DNA of 64,000 bases, taken from Candidatus Eiseniibacteriota bacterium (lineage in GTDB: Bacteria; Eisenbacteria; RBG-16-71-46; SZUA-252). The stretch lies in contig OY969801.1 in assembly GCA_963703225.1 (NCBI GenBank), positions 2,624,001 through 2,688,000 of the forward strand, read 5' to 3'. Below, piece by piece: positions 9,343-18,693 of this stretch. The number at the start of each line of letters is the position of its first letter. Positions within the stretch are counted from its first letter, which is position 1. Position numbers and translations under genes: made by a program. The notes beneath the pieces were generated by a model. That model saw nothing but the letters and a program-made list of their open reading frames with translations. It was not told where the DNA came from and searched no databases.

Positions 9343-11402
9343 GCGTTTCTCCTTTCATCCGTGAAGTGGCGTTGGAGCCACCCGTGGACCTCCCGGTTCC
9401 ACACAAGCGAGTTGTGCGGCTTGAGAACCCAGTGGTTCTCGTCCGGGAAGAAGACGAGACGCGCCTCGACCCCCTTTGCTTTGTAGATATTGTAGACCGC
9501 GAGCGCCTGCGTATGCGGGACCCGGTAGTCGCGCTCCCCGTGAATCACGAGCATCGGCGTCGTGAAGCCGCGCGCGAAGCGTGCGGGGTTCCATCGGTCG
9601 ATCGCATCGAGACGGTCCCACGGCTCCCCGCCGTAGGCCTGGTGTCGCCCCTGCGTGACGTCGCTCCCATACTCGGCGAGGAGGTCGAAGACCCCAGCGT
9701 GGTTCACGAGGCAGCGGAAGCGGTCGGTGTTTCCCGCGATCCAGCAGACCAAATAGCCGCCGTACGATCCGCCTGTCGCCGCCATCCGACGCTCATCGAT
9801 AAAGCCGGTTTCCAGAAGCACGTCGGTGGACTTCATGATGTCGGTGAAGGGCTTGTCGCCGTGGCCGCCCTGGATCACCGCGGCAAATTCCTGGCCCCAC
9901 GAAGTGGACCCATGGAAGTTCACCGTGGCCACCACGTAGCCGGGCGCCGCGAAGAGCTGCGGGCTCCACCGGAAGTGAAAGTTATCCCCGGCGATCGCGT
10001 GCGGGCCTCCGTGGATGACCTGGACGAGCGGCCACTTCTTCTTGGGATCGAACCCAGGCGGGAGGACGACGTACATCTGGATCGGATTCCCATCGGCGCC
10101 GTCGAAGATCATCTCCCGCACCTCACCCATCGAGATCTCGGCCAGGAGCGGACCGTTGAACCGCGTGTGCGCTTTGAGGTCGGCGCCGTCGGTGCGGCAG
10201 CTTGCGAGCTCGGCCGGCTCGGAGAGGTTCTGAATCGTGAAGTAGAGCCGGCCGTCCGGGCCGGCCCGCAGCCCGCCGATCGTGCCGCCCTCGCGGACCA
10301 GCGTGGGCAGCGACTCCCCTGGCTTCATCACGAAGAGGTTCACGCGGCCGCGATCCTCGGCCTCCACGGCGAGCGCTCCGTCGGGCAGGAATTCCCACGC
10401 GGCGGCCGACCGGTCCCAATCCTCGGTGAGCACGACATGTGTTCCCGACGAACGCTCGAGGCGAACCAGTCGGACCCTGTCAGCGTAGAAATAGGGATCC
10501 CGCTGGAGGCCGTAGATCAGGAAGCGGCCGTCCGGCGCGTAGCGGGGGCGGTGCGCGTCGGACGAGTTCTTCGGCGTCCCCTCCGGCGTCAGACATCGAA
10601 CGGGACCTTTCCCCGATGTCGGAACGGTGAAAAGCGCCCACCGCAGCAGCTGGTGCGGCGGCTTGCTGGAGTTGGCGACAAAGGCGATCTCGGCACCGTC
10701 CGGCGCGATGTCGTACTGCCCACCGGGCTCCATGAAATCAAACCAGCCCGCTCCCTCGGGGGTGAGGTCGGTGAGGCGGCGCGACTCCAGGTCCAGGACA
10801 AACAGGTGGGGGACCTCGCCGCCCGTGAGCCAGCGGTCCCAGAACCGGTAGATCCGATCCTCGGTGACGTGCGCCTTGACCGGATCCTTCGAGCGCTTCT
10901 CGATCAGCTCCTTGGTTCCTTCGGGCGTCGGCGCCTCAGAGCAGAGGTGGGCGCCGAAGGCGATCCGCTTGCCGTCGGGGAACCACTTGGGATCGAAGAC
11001 GCCGAGCGGCATCTCGGTGAGACGCTCCGCCTCGCCACCCTCGAGCGGGAGCAGATAGAGCTGGGGCTTCTCCTCGCCCTGGCCGCGCACGAACGCGACC
11101 CGCTTTCCATCCGGCGAATAGGCCGGATCGGTCGAAGAGAATTCCTCCGCGGTGATCGCGCGGGCCTCGCCGCCTCGCGAAGCGAGAGGGACAAGCCACA
11201 GGCGCGATCGCCCGCGGTTCTGATCGATGTCGTACGTGGTCACTGAAACGATCGCCGCCGAGCCGTCGGGCGCAGGGGCGGGGCTCCCCACGCGGGAGAA
11301 CTTCCAGAGGTCCTCCGCGGTGATCGGGCGCTTGCCCGGATTGGTGGCTGGGTAGAGCACCTTGGAGCGCTGTGCTTGCGATTGCGGCTCGGCGACGTGC
11401 AA
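9339..11402 (-). CDS. S9 family (dipeptidyl/acylaminoacyl) peptidase
   Basis: Beta-propeller repeats, HGGPH, GGSYGG nucleophile, HGERDYRV, DENHW; GGAGG SD before the TTG start. Confidence 0.93.
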   Translation of the reverse strand: MHVAEPQSQAQRSKVLYPATNPGKRPITAEDLWKFSRVGSPAPAPDGSAAIVSVTTYDIDQNRGRSRLWLVPLASRGGEARAITAEEFSSTDPAYSPDGKRVAFVRGQGEEKPQLYLLPLEGGEAERLTEMPLGVFDPKWFPDGKRIAFGAHLCSEAPTPEGTKELIEKRSKDPVKAHVTEDRIYRFWDRWLTGGEVPHLFVLDLESRRLTDLTPEGAGWFDFMEPGGQYDIAPDGAEIAFVANSSKPPHQLLRWALFTVPTSGKGPVRCLTPEGTPKNSSDAHRPRYAPDGRFLIYGLQRDPYFYADRVRLVRLERSSGTHVVLTEDWDRSAAAWEFLPDGALAVEAEDRGRVNLFVMKPGESLPTLVREGGTIGGLRAGPDGRLYFTIQNLSEPAELASCRTDGADLKAHTRFNGPLLAEISMGEVREMIFDGADGNPIQMYVVLPPGFDPKKKWPLVQVIHGGPHAIAGDNFHFRWSPQLFAAPGYVVATVNFHGSTSWGQEFAAVIQGGHGDKPFTDIMKSTDVLLETGFIDERRMAATGGSYGGYLVCWIAGNTDRFRCLVNHAGVFDLLAEYGSDVTQGRHQAYGGEPWDRLDAIDRWNPARFARGFTTPMLVIHGERDYRVPHTQALAVYNIYKAKGVEARLVFFPDENHWVLKPHNSLVWNREVHGWLQRHFTDERRNA

Positions 11403-11415
11403 GAGATACCTCCGG

Positions 11416-11961
11416 TTACTTGGTCGCTTGCTTTTGATTTCTCGGGTCGTCGGAGGGATTGACGTAGTTGATTCCCCACGGCCCCACGCCGTGGACCTGG
11501 ATCACCGTTTCCTCCTTCGTCCAGACGTAGTGCGATACACCTGCCGGCATGATCGAAAACGAGCCGGCCGGCAGCGCATGGGCCTTGGATTCGTCCCACG
11601 AATCGCCGAATGCCATATGGATCGCTCCCGAGATCACGGTCAGGTGTTCGATTCCGGGGTGCGTGTGCGGCATGACTTTGTACCCAGCCGGCATCCACGC
11701 GCGGATCGTGAACGGACCGGGCGCCGCCAGATCTCCCTCCAGCACGCAAGCCTTGGCGCCCTTCGGGAGCCCCGGAGGGGCCTCGCTCCATTTGATGTCG
11801 GTGGGCGTGTAATACGTGTGCGCCGCCATCGCCGGTGTGGGCGCCACCGCCGGCGTCGGGACCGCGGCATCGGGCTTGGTCGTGGCCGGTGGGTCGCCCG
11901 CGCGCGCAGCGGCCGTGGCCAAGAGCAACACCGAGCCGATCGTTACCAGGACTCGCCTCAT
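11416..11961 (-). CDS. Secreted cupin-domain protein (DUF4437-like)
   Basis: Signal peptide MRRVLVTIG...AAARA; PHTHPGIEH and GVSHY cupin motifs. Confidence 0.85.
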   Translation of the reverse strand: MRRVLVTIGSVLLLATAAARAGDPPATTKPDAAVPTPAVAPTPAMAAHTYYTPTDIKWSEAPPGLPKGAKACVLEGDLAAPGPFTIRAWMPAGYKVMPHTHPGIEHLTVISGAIHMAFGDSWDESKAHALPAGSFSIMPAGVSHYVWTKEETVIQVHGVGPWGINYVNPSDDPRNQKQATK

Positions 11962-11989
11962 CGAGACCCTCCCTTTCCAATGTGGATGG

Positions 11990-13150
11990 CTAGAATCGAA
12001 ACACCGCCGCGATGGGACTCTTCGTCGGCATCGATACCAGCGGGAGCACGTAGACTTCGGCCCCCCGCTTGAACGATTCCTCACAGATGTCGTCCAGTAG
12101 ATCGTCATCGTCCGGGCCGGGCTGCTTGGCGTGGCGCGTCACCGCGCCGGTCGCCTTGTCGAGCAGCCCCCGGACCGTCTCGCCCTCGGCCGCAAAGACG
12201 CACCTCACGCGGCCGCCGATCGCGGCGAGCGCGATTTCATCGATGTTGTCGGTGGCGAGGCCAGTACCCGCGAGCGATCGGTAGCGCGCGATCCAGACTC
12301 CGATTTTTTCATCGAAGGCGCGGCCGACGACCGGCCATGCCTCGGCATGGATCTTCTCGCCGTTCACCCGCTCGTAGTTGCCGTCGAGCCCCTCGGTCAG
12401 CAGATGAGGGTATGTGTTCGCCTCGCGGTAGATCGAATGGTAGTAGCGCACGGCCGCGAGGATCAGCGGGGCCCGCTCGTCGCGGAGATATTCTCGGAGA
12501 GCCTTGTCGACCGCCCGGAAATATTGAAGCAACTTTTCCTTGGTTTCTTCCCTTCCCGGGCCGCGCCCGTGGAACACGAACTGGGCCGGGGCGCCGTGCC
12601 CGCCGAATGCGCGATCGAGGTCGGGCACGCCGAGCGCTCCCCGGAGGCTTTCCGGCAGCCCGCCAAGCTCGACGGCTCCGGCGCCAAAGGGGCTCCCCTC
12701 GTAGAGACTGACCGCGTTTTGGCTCAGCGCCAGAACGAAATATCGACGATTCGAGCCGAGAAAGCGGATGAGCGGCTTGACGTGGAAGGAATCCGCCACG
12801 ACCACCCGCTCGGGCACGGAGATCGGGAGACGGTAGACGGCATGAACCGTCGGCGAGAGGAACACGGCCAGGCCGTCGAGCGAGTGCTCCCAGTGGGCGT
12901 GATTCTCCAGCGCGCGAAGCGGCTCGACAATGCGAGCGGCGTCGCGGGGCGCCGGGCCCTTCGCGAGCAGCGATTCTGCCTCCCCGACGAGCGCGCGGAA
13001 CCGCACCGGATCCTGCTTCGATCCAGGGTGGGCGCGGTGCGTCGGGAGGTAGATCGATATGCAGGGAGATGCCGGGGCCGCCATCAGCCGCTGAAGCTCC
13101 TCGGCCCGAAACAACGTTGGGGACAGAACCTGTGCGGAGCGGGTCGCCAT
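11990..13150 (-). CDS. Bacterial archaeo-eukaryotic release-factor-like protein (baeRF3-type)
   Basis: PCISIYLPTHR, LDGLAVF, DSFHVKPL, FHGRG, DDLLDDICE...GAEV, PIAAVFRF. The real gene is the 3' part of the long 11990-14551 ORF. Confidence 0.8.
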   Translation of the reverse strand: MATRSAQVLSPTLFRAEELQRLMAAPASPCISIYLPTHRAHPGSKQDPVRFRALVGEAESLLAKGPAPRDAARIVEPLRALENHAHWEHSLDGLAVFLSPTVHAVYRLPISVPERVVVADSFHVKPLIRFLGSNRRYFVLALSQNAVSLYEGSPFGAGAVELGGLPESLRGALGVPDLDRAFGGHGAPAQFVFHGRGPGREETKEKLLQYFRAVDKALREYLRDERAPLILAAVRYYHSIYREANTYPHLLTEGLDGNYERVNGEKIHAEAWPVVGRAFDEKIGVWIARYRSLAGTGLATDNIDEIALAAIGGRVRCVFAAEGETVRGLLDKATGAVTRHAKQPGPDDDDLLDDICEESFKRGAEVYVLPLVSMPTKSPIAAVFRF

Positions 13151-13154
13151 CGTG

Positions 13155-13388
13155 CTACGCCGGCTTGGCCGCGGGCGGCGGCAACGCGCGGGCCTCGATC
13201 TGCGACTCGAAGCCGCACTCCTTGTGCGTCCCGTCGCAGAACGGTTTGCTGGACGATTCGCCGCAGCGGCAGAGCGAGATCGTGGTCCGCCCCCCGAGGT
13301 CGAACGGGCGCCCCTCCTGGTCGACGACGGTGAACTCCCCCTCGATCCGGACGGGGCCGTTGTTTCGGATGGTGATCTTGGCCGGCAT
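13155..13388 (-). CDS. CDGSH iron-sulfur domain protein
   Basis: NGP...LCRCGESSSKPFCDGTH; strong SD GAGGAGG. Confidence 0.93.
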   Translation of the reverse strand: MPAKITIRNNGPVRIEGEFTVVDQEGRPFDLGGRTTISLCRCGESSSKPFCDGTHKECGFESQIEARALPPPAAKPA

Positions 13389-13422
13389 GTCCCCTCCTCG
13401 CCCTCATGGATGCAGCGGGACG

Positions 13423-13438
13423 GAGAGTATATACTCTC
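13423..13438. promoter_or_regulatory. Perfect 16-bp palindrome with TATACT on both strands (candidate bidirectional -10)
   Basis: GAGAGTATATACTCTC between the divergent CDGSH and ettA genes. Confidence 0.6.
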
Positions 13439-13507
13439 GGGACGTTCGCGGCACGCCGCACGGCAGAGCCCACCCGAACCCGACCCCAGTTCCAGAGGAT
13501 CGAGCGC

Positions 13508-15187
13508 ATGGCGCCTCAGTACATATTCACGATGGTCAATCTCGGCAAGGTCCATCCGCCGAACAAGGAAGTACTCAAGGGGATCTACCTCTCGTTCTAT
13601 CCCGGCGCCAAGATCGGCGTCCTGGGCCAGAACGGGGCCGGGAAGAGCACCCTGCTCCGCATCATGGCGGGGGTCGAAGAGCCGACGAGCGGCGAAGCGC
13701 GCCCCGCCAAGGGCATCAAGGTCGGGTTTCTCCCGCAAGAGCCCGATCTCGACCCGGACAAGGACGTACTCGGAAATATCGAGATGGGCGTGGCCGAGAC
13801 GCGGGCGCTCCTCGACCAGTTCAACGCGCTGAACATGAGGTTGGGCGAGAGCCTCTCCGCTGCCGAGATGGAAAAGGTGATGGAGGAGCACGGACGCGTG
13901 ATGGCCGAGATCGAGACGAAGAACGCATGGGAGCTGGACCGGACGCTCGAGATCGCCATGGACGCTCTCCGGGTACCGCCCGGGGACACCGACGTGCGGA
14001 CCCTCTCGGGGGGCGAGCGGCGGCGGGTCGCGCTCTGCCGGTTGCTCCTCACCCGGCCCGACCTCCTTTTGCTCGACGAGCCGACCAACCATCTCGACGC
14101 GGAATCGGTGGCCTGGCTCGAGCGCTTCCTCCACGAGTATCCCGGAACCGTCGTCGCGGTCACGCACGACCGATACTTCTTGGACAACGTCGCGGGCTGG
14201 ATTTTGGAGCTGGACCGCGGCCAGGGCATTCCCTGGGAGGGTAACTATTCGTCGTGGCTGGAGCAAAAACGCCAGCGCCTCTCCATCGAGGAGAAGACCG
14301 AGTCGGCGCGCCAGCGCACCCTGGCGAGGGAGTTGGAGTGGGTCCGGATGTCGCCGCGGGCCAGGCAGGCCAAGAGCAAGGCGCGCGTCACCGCGTATGA
14401 AGAGCTCTTGCGTCAGGAGACCGAGAAGCGGACCGAGATCGCGGAAATCTCGATCCCCGCGGGGCCGCGGCTCGGGAATCTGGTGGTCGACGCGAAGGAC
14501 TTGGTGAAAGGCTATGGGGACCGCATTCTGATCGAGGGGCTCTCGTTTCACCTCCCTCCGGGCGGCATTGTGGGGATCATCGGCCCGAACGGCGCCGGGA
14601 AGACGACGCTCTTCCGCCTCATCGCCGGCGTGGAGAAAGCAGATGGTGGCGCGCTCCGGGTGGGAGACACGGTGAAGCTGGCGTACGTCGACCAGTCGCG
14701 AGACAGCCTCGATGGATCGAAAACCGTATGGGAGGAGATTTCGGGCGGCGAGGACTTGATCGAGCTGGGCGCCCGGAGCGTCCCCTCACGTTCTTACGTC
14801 GCGGCGTTCAACTTCAAGGGCGCCGATCAGCAGAAGCTGGTCAAGCACCTCTCCGGCGGCGAGCGAAACCGCGTCCATCTCGCCAAGGTGCTCCGCTCGG
14901 GCGGAAATCTCCTGCTCCTTGACGAGCCGACCAACGATCTCGACGTCGATACGCTCCGCGCCCTGGAGGAAGCGGTGTTGGGCTTCGCGGGGTGCGTCTG
15001 CGTGATCAGCCACGACCGCTGGTTCCTCGATCGGATCGCGACCCACATGCTCGCGTTCGAGGAGGACGGCAGCACCGTCTGGTTCGAGGGCAATTACCAG
15101 GACTACGAGGCGAACCGCCACATGCGTCTCGGCGCCGCCGCCGATCAGCCCCACCGGCTCAAGTACAAGCGCCTGGTCCGGGAGTAG
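13508..15187 (+). CDS. ettA: Energy-dependent translational throttle protein EttA (ABC-F)
   Basis: MAPQYIFTM, LSFYPGAKIGVLGQNGAGKST, two ABC domains, ELEWVR linker, no TM segments. Confidence 0.96.
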   Translation: MAPQYIFTMVNLGKVHPPNKEVLKGIYLSFYPGAKIGVLGQNGAGKSTLLRIMAGVEEPTSGEARPAKGIKVGFLPQEPDLDPDKDVLGNIEMGVAETRALLDQFNALNMRLGESLSAAEMEKVMEEHGRVMAEIETKNAWELDRTLEIAMDALRVPPGDTDVRTLSGGERRRVALCRLLLTRPDLLLLDEPTNHLDAESVAWLERFLHEYPGTVVAVTHDRYFLDNVAGWILELDRGQGIPWEGNYSSWLEQKRQRLSIEEKTESARQRTLARELEWVRMSPRARQAKSKARVTAYEELLRQETEKRTEIAEISIPAGPRLGNLVVDAKDLVKGYGDRILIEGLSFHLPPGGIVGIIGPNGAGKTTLFRLIAGVEKADGGALRVGDTVKLAYVDQSRDSLDGSKTVWEEISGGEDLIELGARSVPSRSYVAAFNFKGADQQKLVKHLSGGERNRVHLAKVLRSGGNLLLLDEPTNDLDVDTLRALEEAVLGFAGCVCVISHDRWFLDRIATHMLAFEEDGSTVWFEGNYQDYEANRHMRLGAAADQPHRLKYKRLVRE

Positions 15188-15261
15188 TTTCCTCCCCAAA
15201 GATCTAGTCTAAGTCACAATTTCACTTTATCTTGCGCCGCAAATAATTTCCTTGAATCCTT

Positions 15262-15291
15262 TGCTATCATATCGATATCATAATGACATCA
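15262..15291. promoter_or_regulatory. Three TGATATCA-like boxes at 11-bp spacing (candidate RHH operator)
   Basis: TGCTATCA (15262), CGATATCA (15273) and TGACATCA (15284) in an AT-rich promoter region upstream of SPFH-RHH. Confidence 0.55.
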
Positions 15292-15338
15292 ACCCAGCCG
15301 CCGCGGTGGCGGAACGGGGAACTGGAAGGGGCCCTGTC

Positions 15339-16211
15339 ATGATCAAGGAACGCGAGGTAGCCACGCTGAGCGGCGCCGTTGGACTCACGGTGACGCTTGT
15401 CCTGTTCGTCGCCGCGCTCTACACGGGCATCGGCGCGGTCGCCGACGTGCGGCCGATCCTGCTCCTCACGGTCTCGGTCCCGCTGGCCCTCCTCGGATTC
15501 TTCTCGGCCGCGGGGCTCTTCACGGTTCAGCCAAATCAGGCCGTGGTGCTCATCCTCTTCGGAAGCTACGTCGGGACCGTGCGCCGCAGCGGCTGGTGGT
15601 GGACCAACGCGTTCAAGACCCGAAAGAGGGTCACGCTCCGGGTGCGGAGCTTGAACGGCCAGATGATCAAGGTGAACGACCACGCCGGAAATCCCGTTGA
15701 GATCGCCGCGGTGGTGGTCTGGAAGGTGCTCGACACCGCGCAGGCCACGTTCGACGTCGAGAGCTACGAGGATTTCGTCCCCGTGCAGAGCGAGACGGCG
15801 GTCCGCCACCTGGCGAGCGCCTATCCCTACGACGAGTACGACCATGACGCGATCTCGCTGCGCGGAAGCACCGACAAGGTTTCGGAATTCCTTCGTGCCG
15901 AATTGCAAGAAAGGCTGCGTCCGGCGGGGGTAGAGGTGATCGAGGCGCGCTTGAGCCACCTTGCCTACGCGCCCGAAATCGCCGGCGCCATGCTGCAGCG
16001 CCAGCAGGCCGCCGCGATCATCGCGGCGCGTCAGCGAATCGTGGAAGGCGCCGTCGGCATGGTGGAGATGGCCCTCGAGCGGCTGAGCGAGAACAAGGTG
16101 GTGACCCTGGACGAGGAGCGGAAGGCCGCCATGGTCTCGAACCTGCTCGTGGTCCTCTGCGGGGAGCGCGCGGCGACCCCCGTCATCAACACCGGCACGC
16201 TGCACAACTAG
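15339..16211 (+). CDS. SPFH/band 7 domain membrane protein
   Basis: Two TM helices, [46 protein letters not shown]. Confidence 0.92.
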   Translation: MIKEREVATLSGAVGLTVTLVLFVAALYTGIGAVADVRPILLLTVSVPLALLGFFSAAGLFTVQPNQAVVLILFGSYVGTVRRSGWWWTNAFKTRKRVTLRVRSLNGQMIKVNDHAGNPVEIAAVVVWKVLDTAQATFDVESYEDFVPVQSETAVRHLASAYPYDEYDHDAISLRGSTDKVSEFLRAELQERLRPAGVEVIEARLSHLAYAPEIAGAMLQRQQAAAIIAARQRIVEGAVGMVEMALERLSENKVVTLDEERKAAMVSNLLVVLCGERAATPVINTGTLHN

Positions 16212-16220
16212 GTCCCCGCG

Positions 16221-16472
16221 ATGGCGGCGCGGAAGGCCTTTCTCCTCCGGATCGATCCGAAGCTATGGAGCGCCCTCGAAAAGTGGGCGGCCGACGAGCT
16301 CCGGAGCGTGAACGGGCAGATCGAGTACCTGCTCGCTCGGGCGGTGAAGGACGCCGGCCGGGATCGAACGCGGAGCCCTAGCGGGGCTCCGCCGACTCCC
16401 TCCGGTCGTCCCGACGCTCCCGGTAGTCCTCGCGCGACTCCCGGCGATCCTCCCGAAGCTCCCGGCCCGTAG
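16221..16472 (+). CDS. Arc/ribbon-helix-helix DNA-binding protein
   Basis: [35 protein letters not shown]; directly follows the SPFH gene. Confidence 0.85.
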   Translation: MAARKAFLLRIDPKLWSALEKWAADELRSVNGQIEYLLARAVKDAGRDRTRSPSGAPPTPSGRPDAPGSPRATPGDPPEAPGP

Positions 16473-17169
16473 CGACCGCGTCCTCTCGGGAGATTCTCAG
16501 AAACTCGTCGAAGAGGGCGCGCTCCTTGGAACGAGCCGGGGCGTTGCCCCGCCGCATGTCCGGCTCGATGCTTCGGAGCTCGCGGAGGATGTCCCGCTGA
16601 CGCTCCGAGCGGCGGCGGCTTCCTTCCAGGTCCCGCCGGTCGTCCCGTCGGTCCCTCCGATCGTCGCGCAGATCGTAGCGGTCGCGCGCGAGATCCCGTT
16701 CCGCGTCGCGCAGATCGGCGTCGGTGCCGCCTTCCTTGGCTCTCGTGAGATCTGCCTGATCATGGGCCAGCTCGCGTCGATCGCTCCTCACTTCCTGTGC
16801 GCTCCGGCCAAGCTCGCGGCGATCGGCGGCCACGTCCCGCCGTCCTTCCCCGGCCTCCCCGCGAAGAAATGCATAGATCCGCTTCCGGGCCTGGGCCTCC
16901 CCTTGCTTGTCTCCCGCTCTCTGCGCGGAGTCGAGACGCAGGAGGAGGCGCTCGAAACGGCGCACGTCCTGTATGTCGCCCCGAAGCTGTACCCGGTCGC
17001 GCGCCATCTCCGCCCGATCGGTGCGCGCCTCGTGGGCGTTCTGTGCCGGCTGTGCGTTCGCTACGGACGGCCCGGCCAACGCCAGCGCGACGATCGCCAT
17101 GAACCCTGCGAAATTCCGCGGGCGGCGAAAATTCGTTCCGTCTCGATTTGTCCACAGTGTGAATTCCAT
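16378..17169 (-). CDS. Secreted Arg/Asp/Glu-rich repeat protein
   Basis: SD GAGGAGAGGAG; signal-like [23 protein letters not shown] heptad-like repeats. Confidence 0.7.
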   Translation of the reverse strand: MEFTLWTNRDGTNFRRPRNFAGFMAIVALALAGPSVANAQPAQNAHEARTDRAEMARDRVQLRGDIQDVRRFERLLLRLDSAQRAGDKQGEAQARKRIYAFLRGEAGEGRRDVAADRRELGRSAQEVRSDRRELAHDQADLTRAKEGGTDADLRDAERDLARDRYDLRDDRRDRRDDRRDLEGSRRRSERQRDILRELRSIEPDMRRGNAPARSKERALFDEFLRISREDAVATGRELREDRRESREDYRERRDDRRESAEPR

Positions 17170-17259
17170 GCGTCCTCTCCTCTCCTCGGCGGCACGACGC
17201 CGCAGTGACTTACGCGATCGGCCGAAATACCGGCCGAACTCGCAAAGGGGGAGAGGCAA

Positions 17260-18693
17260 CTACCGTGCCCGGGCGAAGGCCGAGCGGACGCCCTTGATGA
17301 GAGGCTCTTCGAGGCGCGTCTCCACGGCTGGGCCGTAGCGCTTGGCCACCGGCCTCAGCGCGGCGGCATTCCCGATCAGCACGATCGTCAGATCCTTGGC
17401 GTCGGGATAGACGCGGCGGATGATGCTCTTGAGCGCGGTTCCATCCACGGCGCCGATTCGGTCCGTGTAACCGGTCAATTCGCTCTGGGGCAAACCATAG
17501 AGCGCGAGTTCCGCGAGGCGTCCGGCGATCTGATCTCCTGTTTCGAGGCCGGTCGGGAAAAGCCCCGAGATGTAGCTCTTCGACGAGGAGAGCGCGGTCG
17601 AATCGAGGCCCGTGCTCCGGAACGAATCGAGCGTCTCCAACGCCAGGTCGATCGCGCGCTGCGTCGACTCGGTCTTGGTGTACGAGACGATCGCGACATA
17701 ACCCGGAACCGCGTACCGAGGCATGTTGCACCGAATTCCATAGGTGAGACCCGAGCGAATCCGGAGCGCTGTGTTGAGCAGGGACGTATACCGGCCGCCG
17801 AAATAGGTATTCGCCACGTCGGCTTCCACGCGATCGGGATCGGTGCGGGCCATGCCGAGATTGCCAATCCAGAAATAGGTCTGGGTCGCGTCCGGTTTAT
17901 CGACGAGCAGAACTCTTCGGCCTGAGAGCTTCCTTGGCGCGGGAACCGTCTGGATCGCCCCCGACGCCTTGGGCCAATCGGCGAAGGCGGCGCGAATCGC
18001 CGACTCCATCCGCCGCCCGTCAAAGTCCCCCACCACCGAGAGGATGAGCCGGTCCCCGCCGAAGTTGGCGCGGTAGGCCGCGAGCAGATCCTCGCGTCCG
18101 ATCGACGCCACCGTCGTCTCGTCCCCGTCCAGCGGCCGCCCGTACGAACTCTCCCCGAAGAAGAACGCTCGACCGTAGTCGGCGATTACATTGCGGGGGG
18201 TGTCCTTGTCCGATCGGATGGCGTCGATCGTCTGCTGCTTCGCCTTCACGAACTCGCTGTCCGGGAACGACGGCCTTCGTAAGAGGTCGGAGATCAGCTC
18301 GATCATCAGCCCCTGATCCCGCGACATGAACTCGGCTGAAATCCACCAGTCCTCGTAGCCCACGCCGACGTCGAGATTCCCGCCGGCGCCGTCCACCAGG
18401 GCGGCGATCTCCTGCGCGCTCCGTTTCCCCGCGCCCCGGTGGAGCATCTCGGCGATCAGCGTTCCGAGCCCCTCTTTGCCAGGAGGATCGAGGAGCGTTC
18501 CGCCTCGGACATACGCGATCACCGCGATGAGCGGGACGTCGTGCTTCTCGGCCAGAATGAGCCTGGCGCCGTTGGGGAGCGTGACCTCTCGGGTAGGAGG
18601 AAGGTGAATTTCGCCGCGGGCGGGCACGACGGCCGACGCGAGCGCCGCGACCGCGAGGAGAGCGGCCGCCACCCAACCGCTGGCGCGGCTCAT
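17260..18693 (-). CDS. M16 family peptidase, non-catalytic partner subunit
   Basis: Signal peptide, TLPNGARLIL, no HxxEH, RIRSGLTYG motif; ATGA overlap with the catalytic subunit. Confidence 0.88.
   Translation of the reverse strand: MSRASGWVAAALLAVAALASAVVPARGEIHLPPTREVTLPNGARLILAEKHDVPLIAVIAYVRGGTLLDPPGKEGLGTLIAEMLHRGAGKRSAQEIAALVDGAGGNLDVGVGYEDWWISAEFMSRDQGLMIELISDLLRRPSFPDSEFVKAKQQTIDAIRSDKDTPRNVIADYGRAFFFGESSYGRPLDGDETTVASIGREDLLAAYRANFGGDRLILSVVGDFDGRRMESAIRAAFADWPKASGAIQTVPAPRKLSGRRVLLVDKPDATQTYFWIGNLGMARTDPDRVEADVANTYFGGRYTSLLNTALRIRSGLTYGIRCNMPRYAVPGYVAIVSYTKTESTQRAIDLALETLDSFRSTGLDSTALSSSKSYISGLFPTGLETGDQIAGRLAELALYGLPQSELTGYTDRIGAVDGTALKSIIRRVYPDAKDLTIVLIGNAAALRPVAKRYGPAVETRLEEPLIKGVRSAFARAR

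Noticed and set aside
11990..14551. 853-aa ORF suggesting a large baeRF3 fusion
   Set aside because: The 5' part is antisense to ettA and overlaps CDGSH in another frame; the credible start is at 13150.
16378..16472. 95-nt convergent overlap of the RHH and repeat-protein genes (also a 56-nt overlap at 39606-39661)
   Set aside because: The overlapping tails are low-complexity extensions expected from stop-codon scarcity in GC-rich DNA.
16221..16472. Possible toxin-antitoxin antitoxin
   Set aside because: No adjacent toxin-like ORF; the RHH gene is paired with SPFH.
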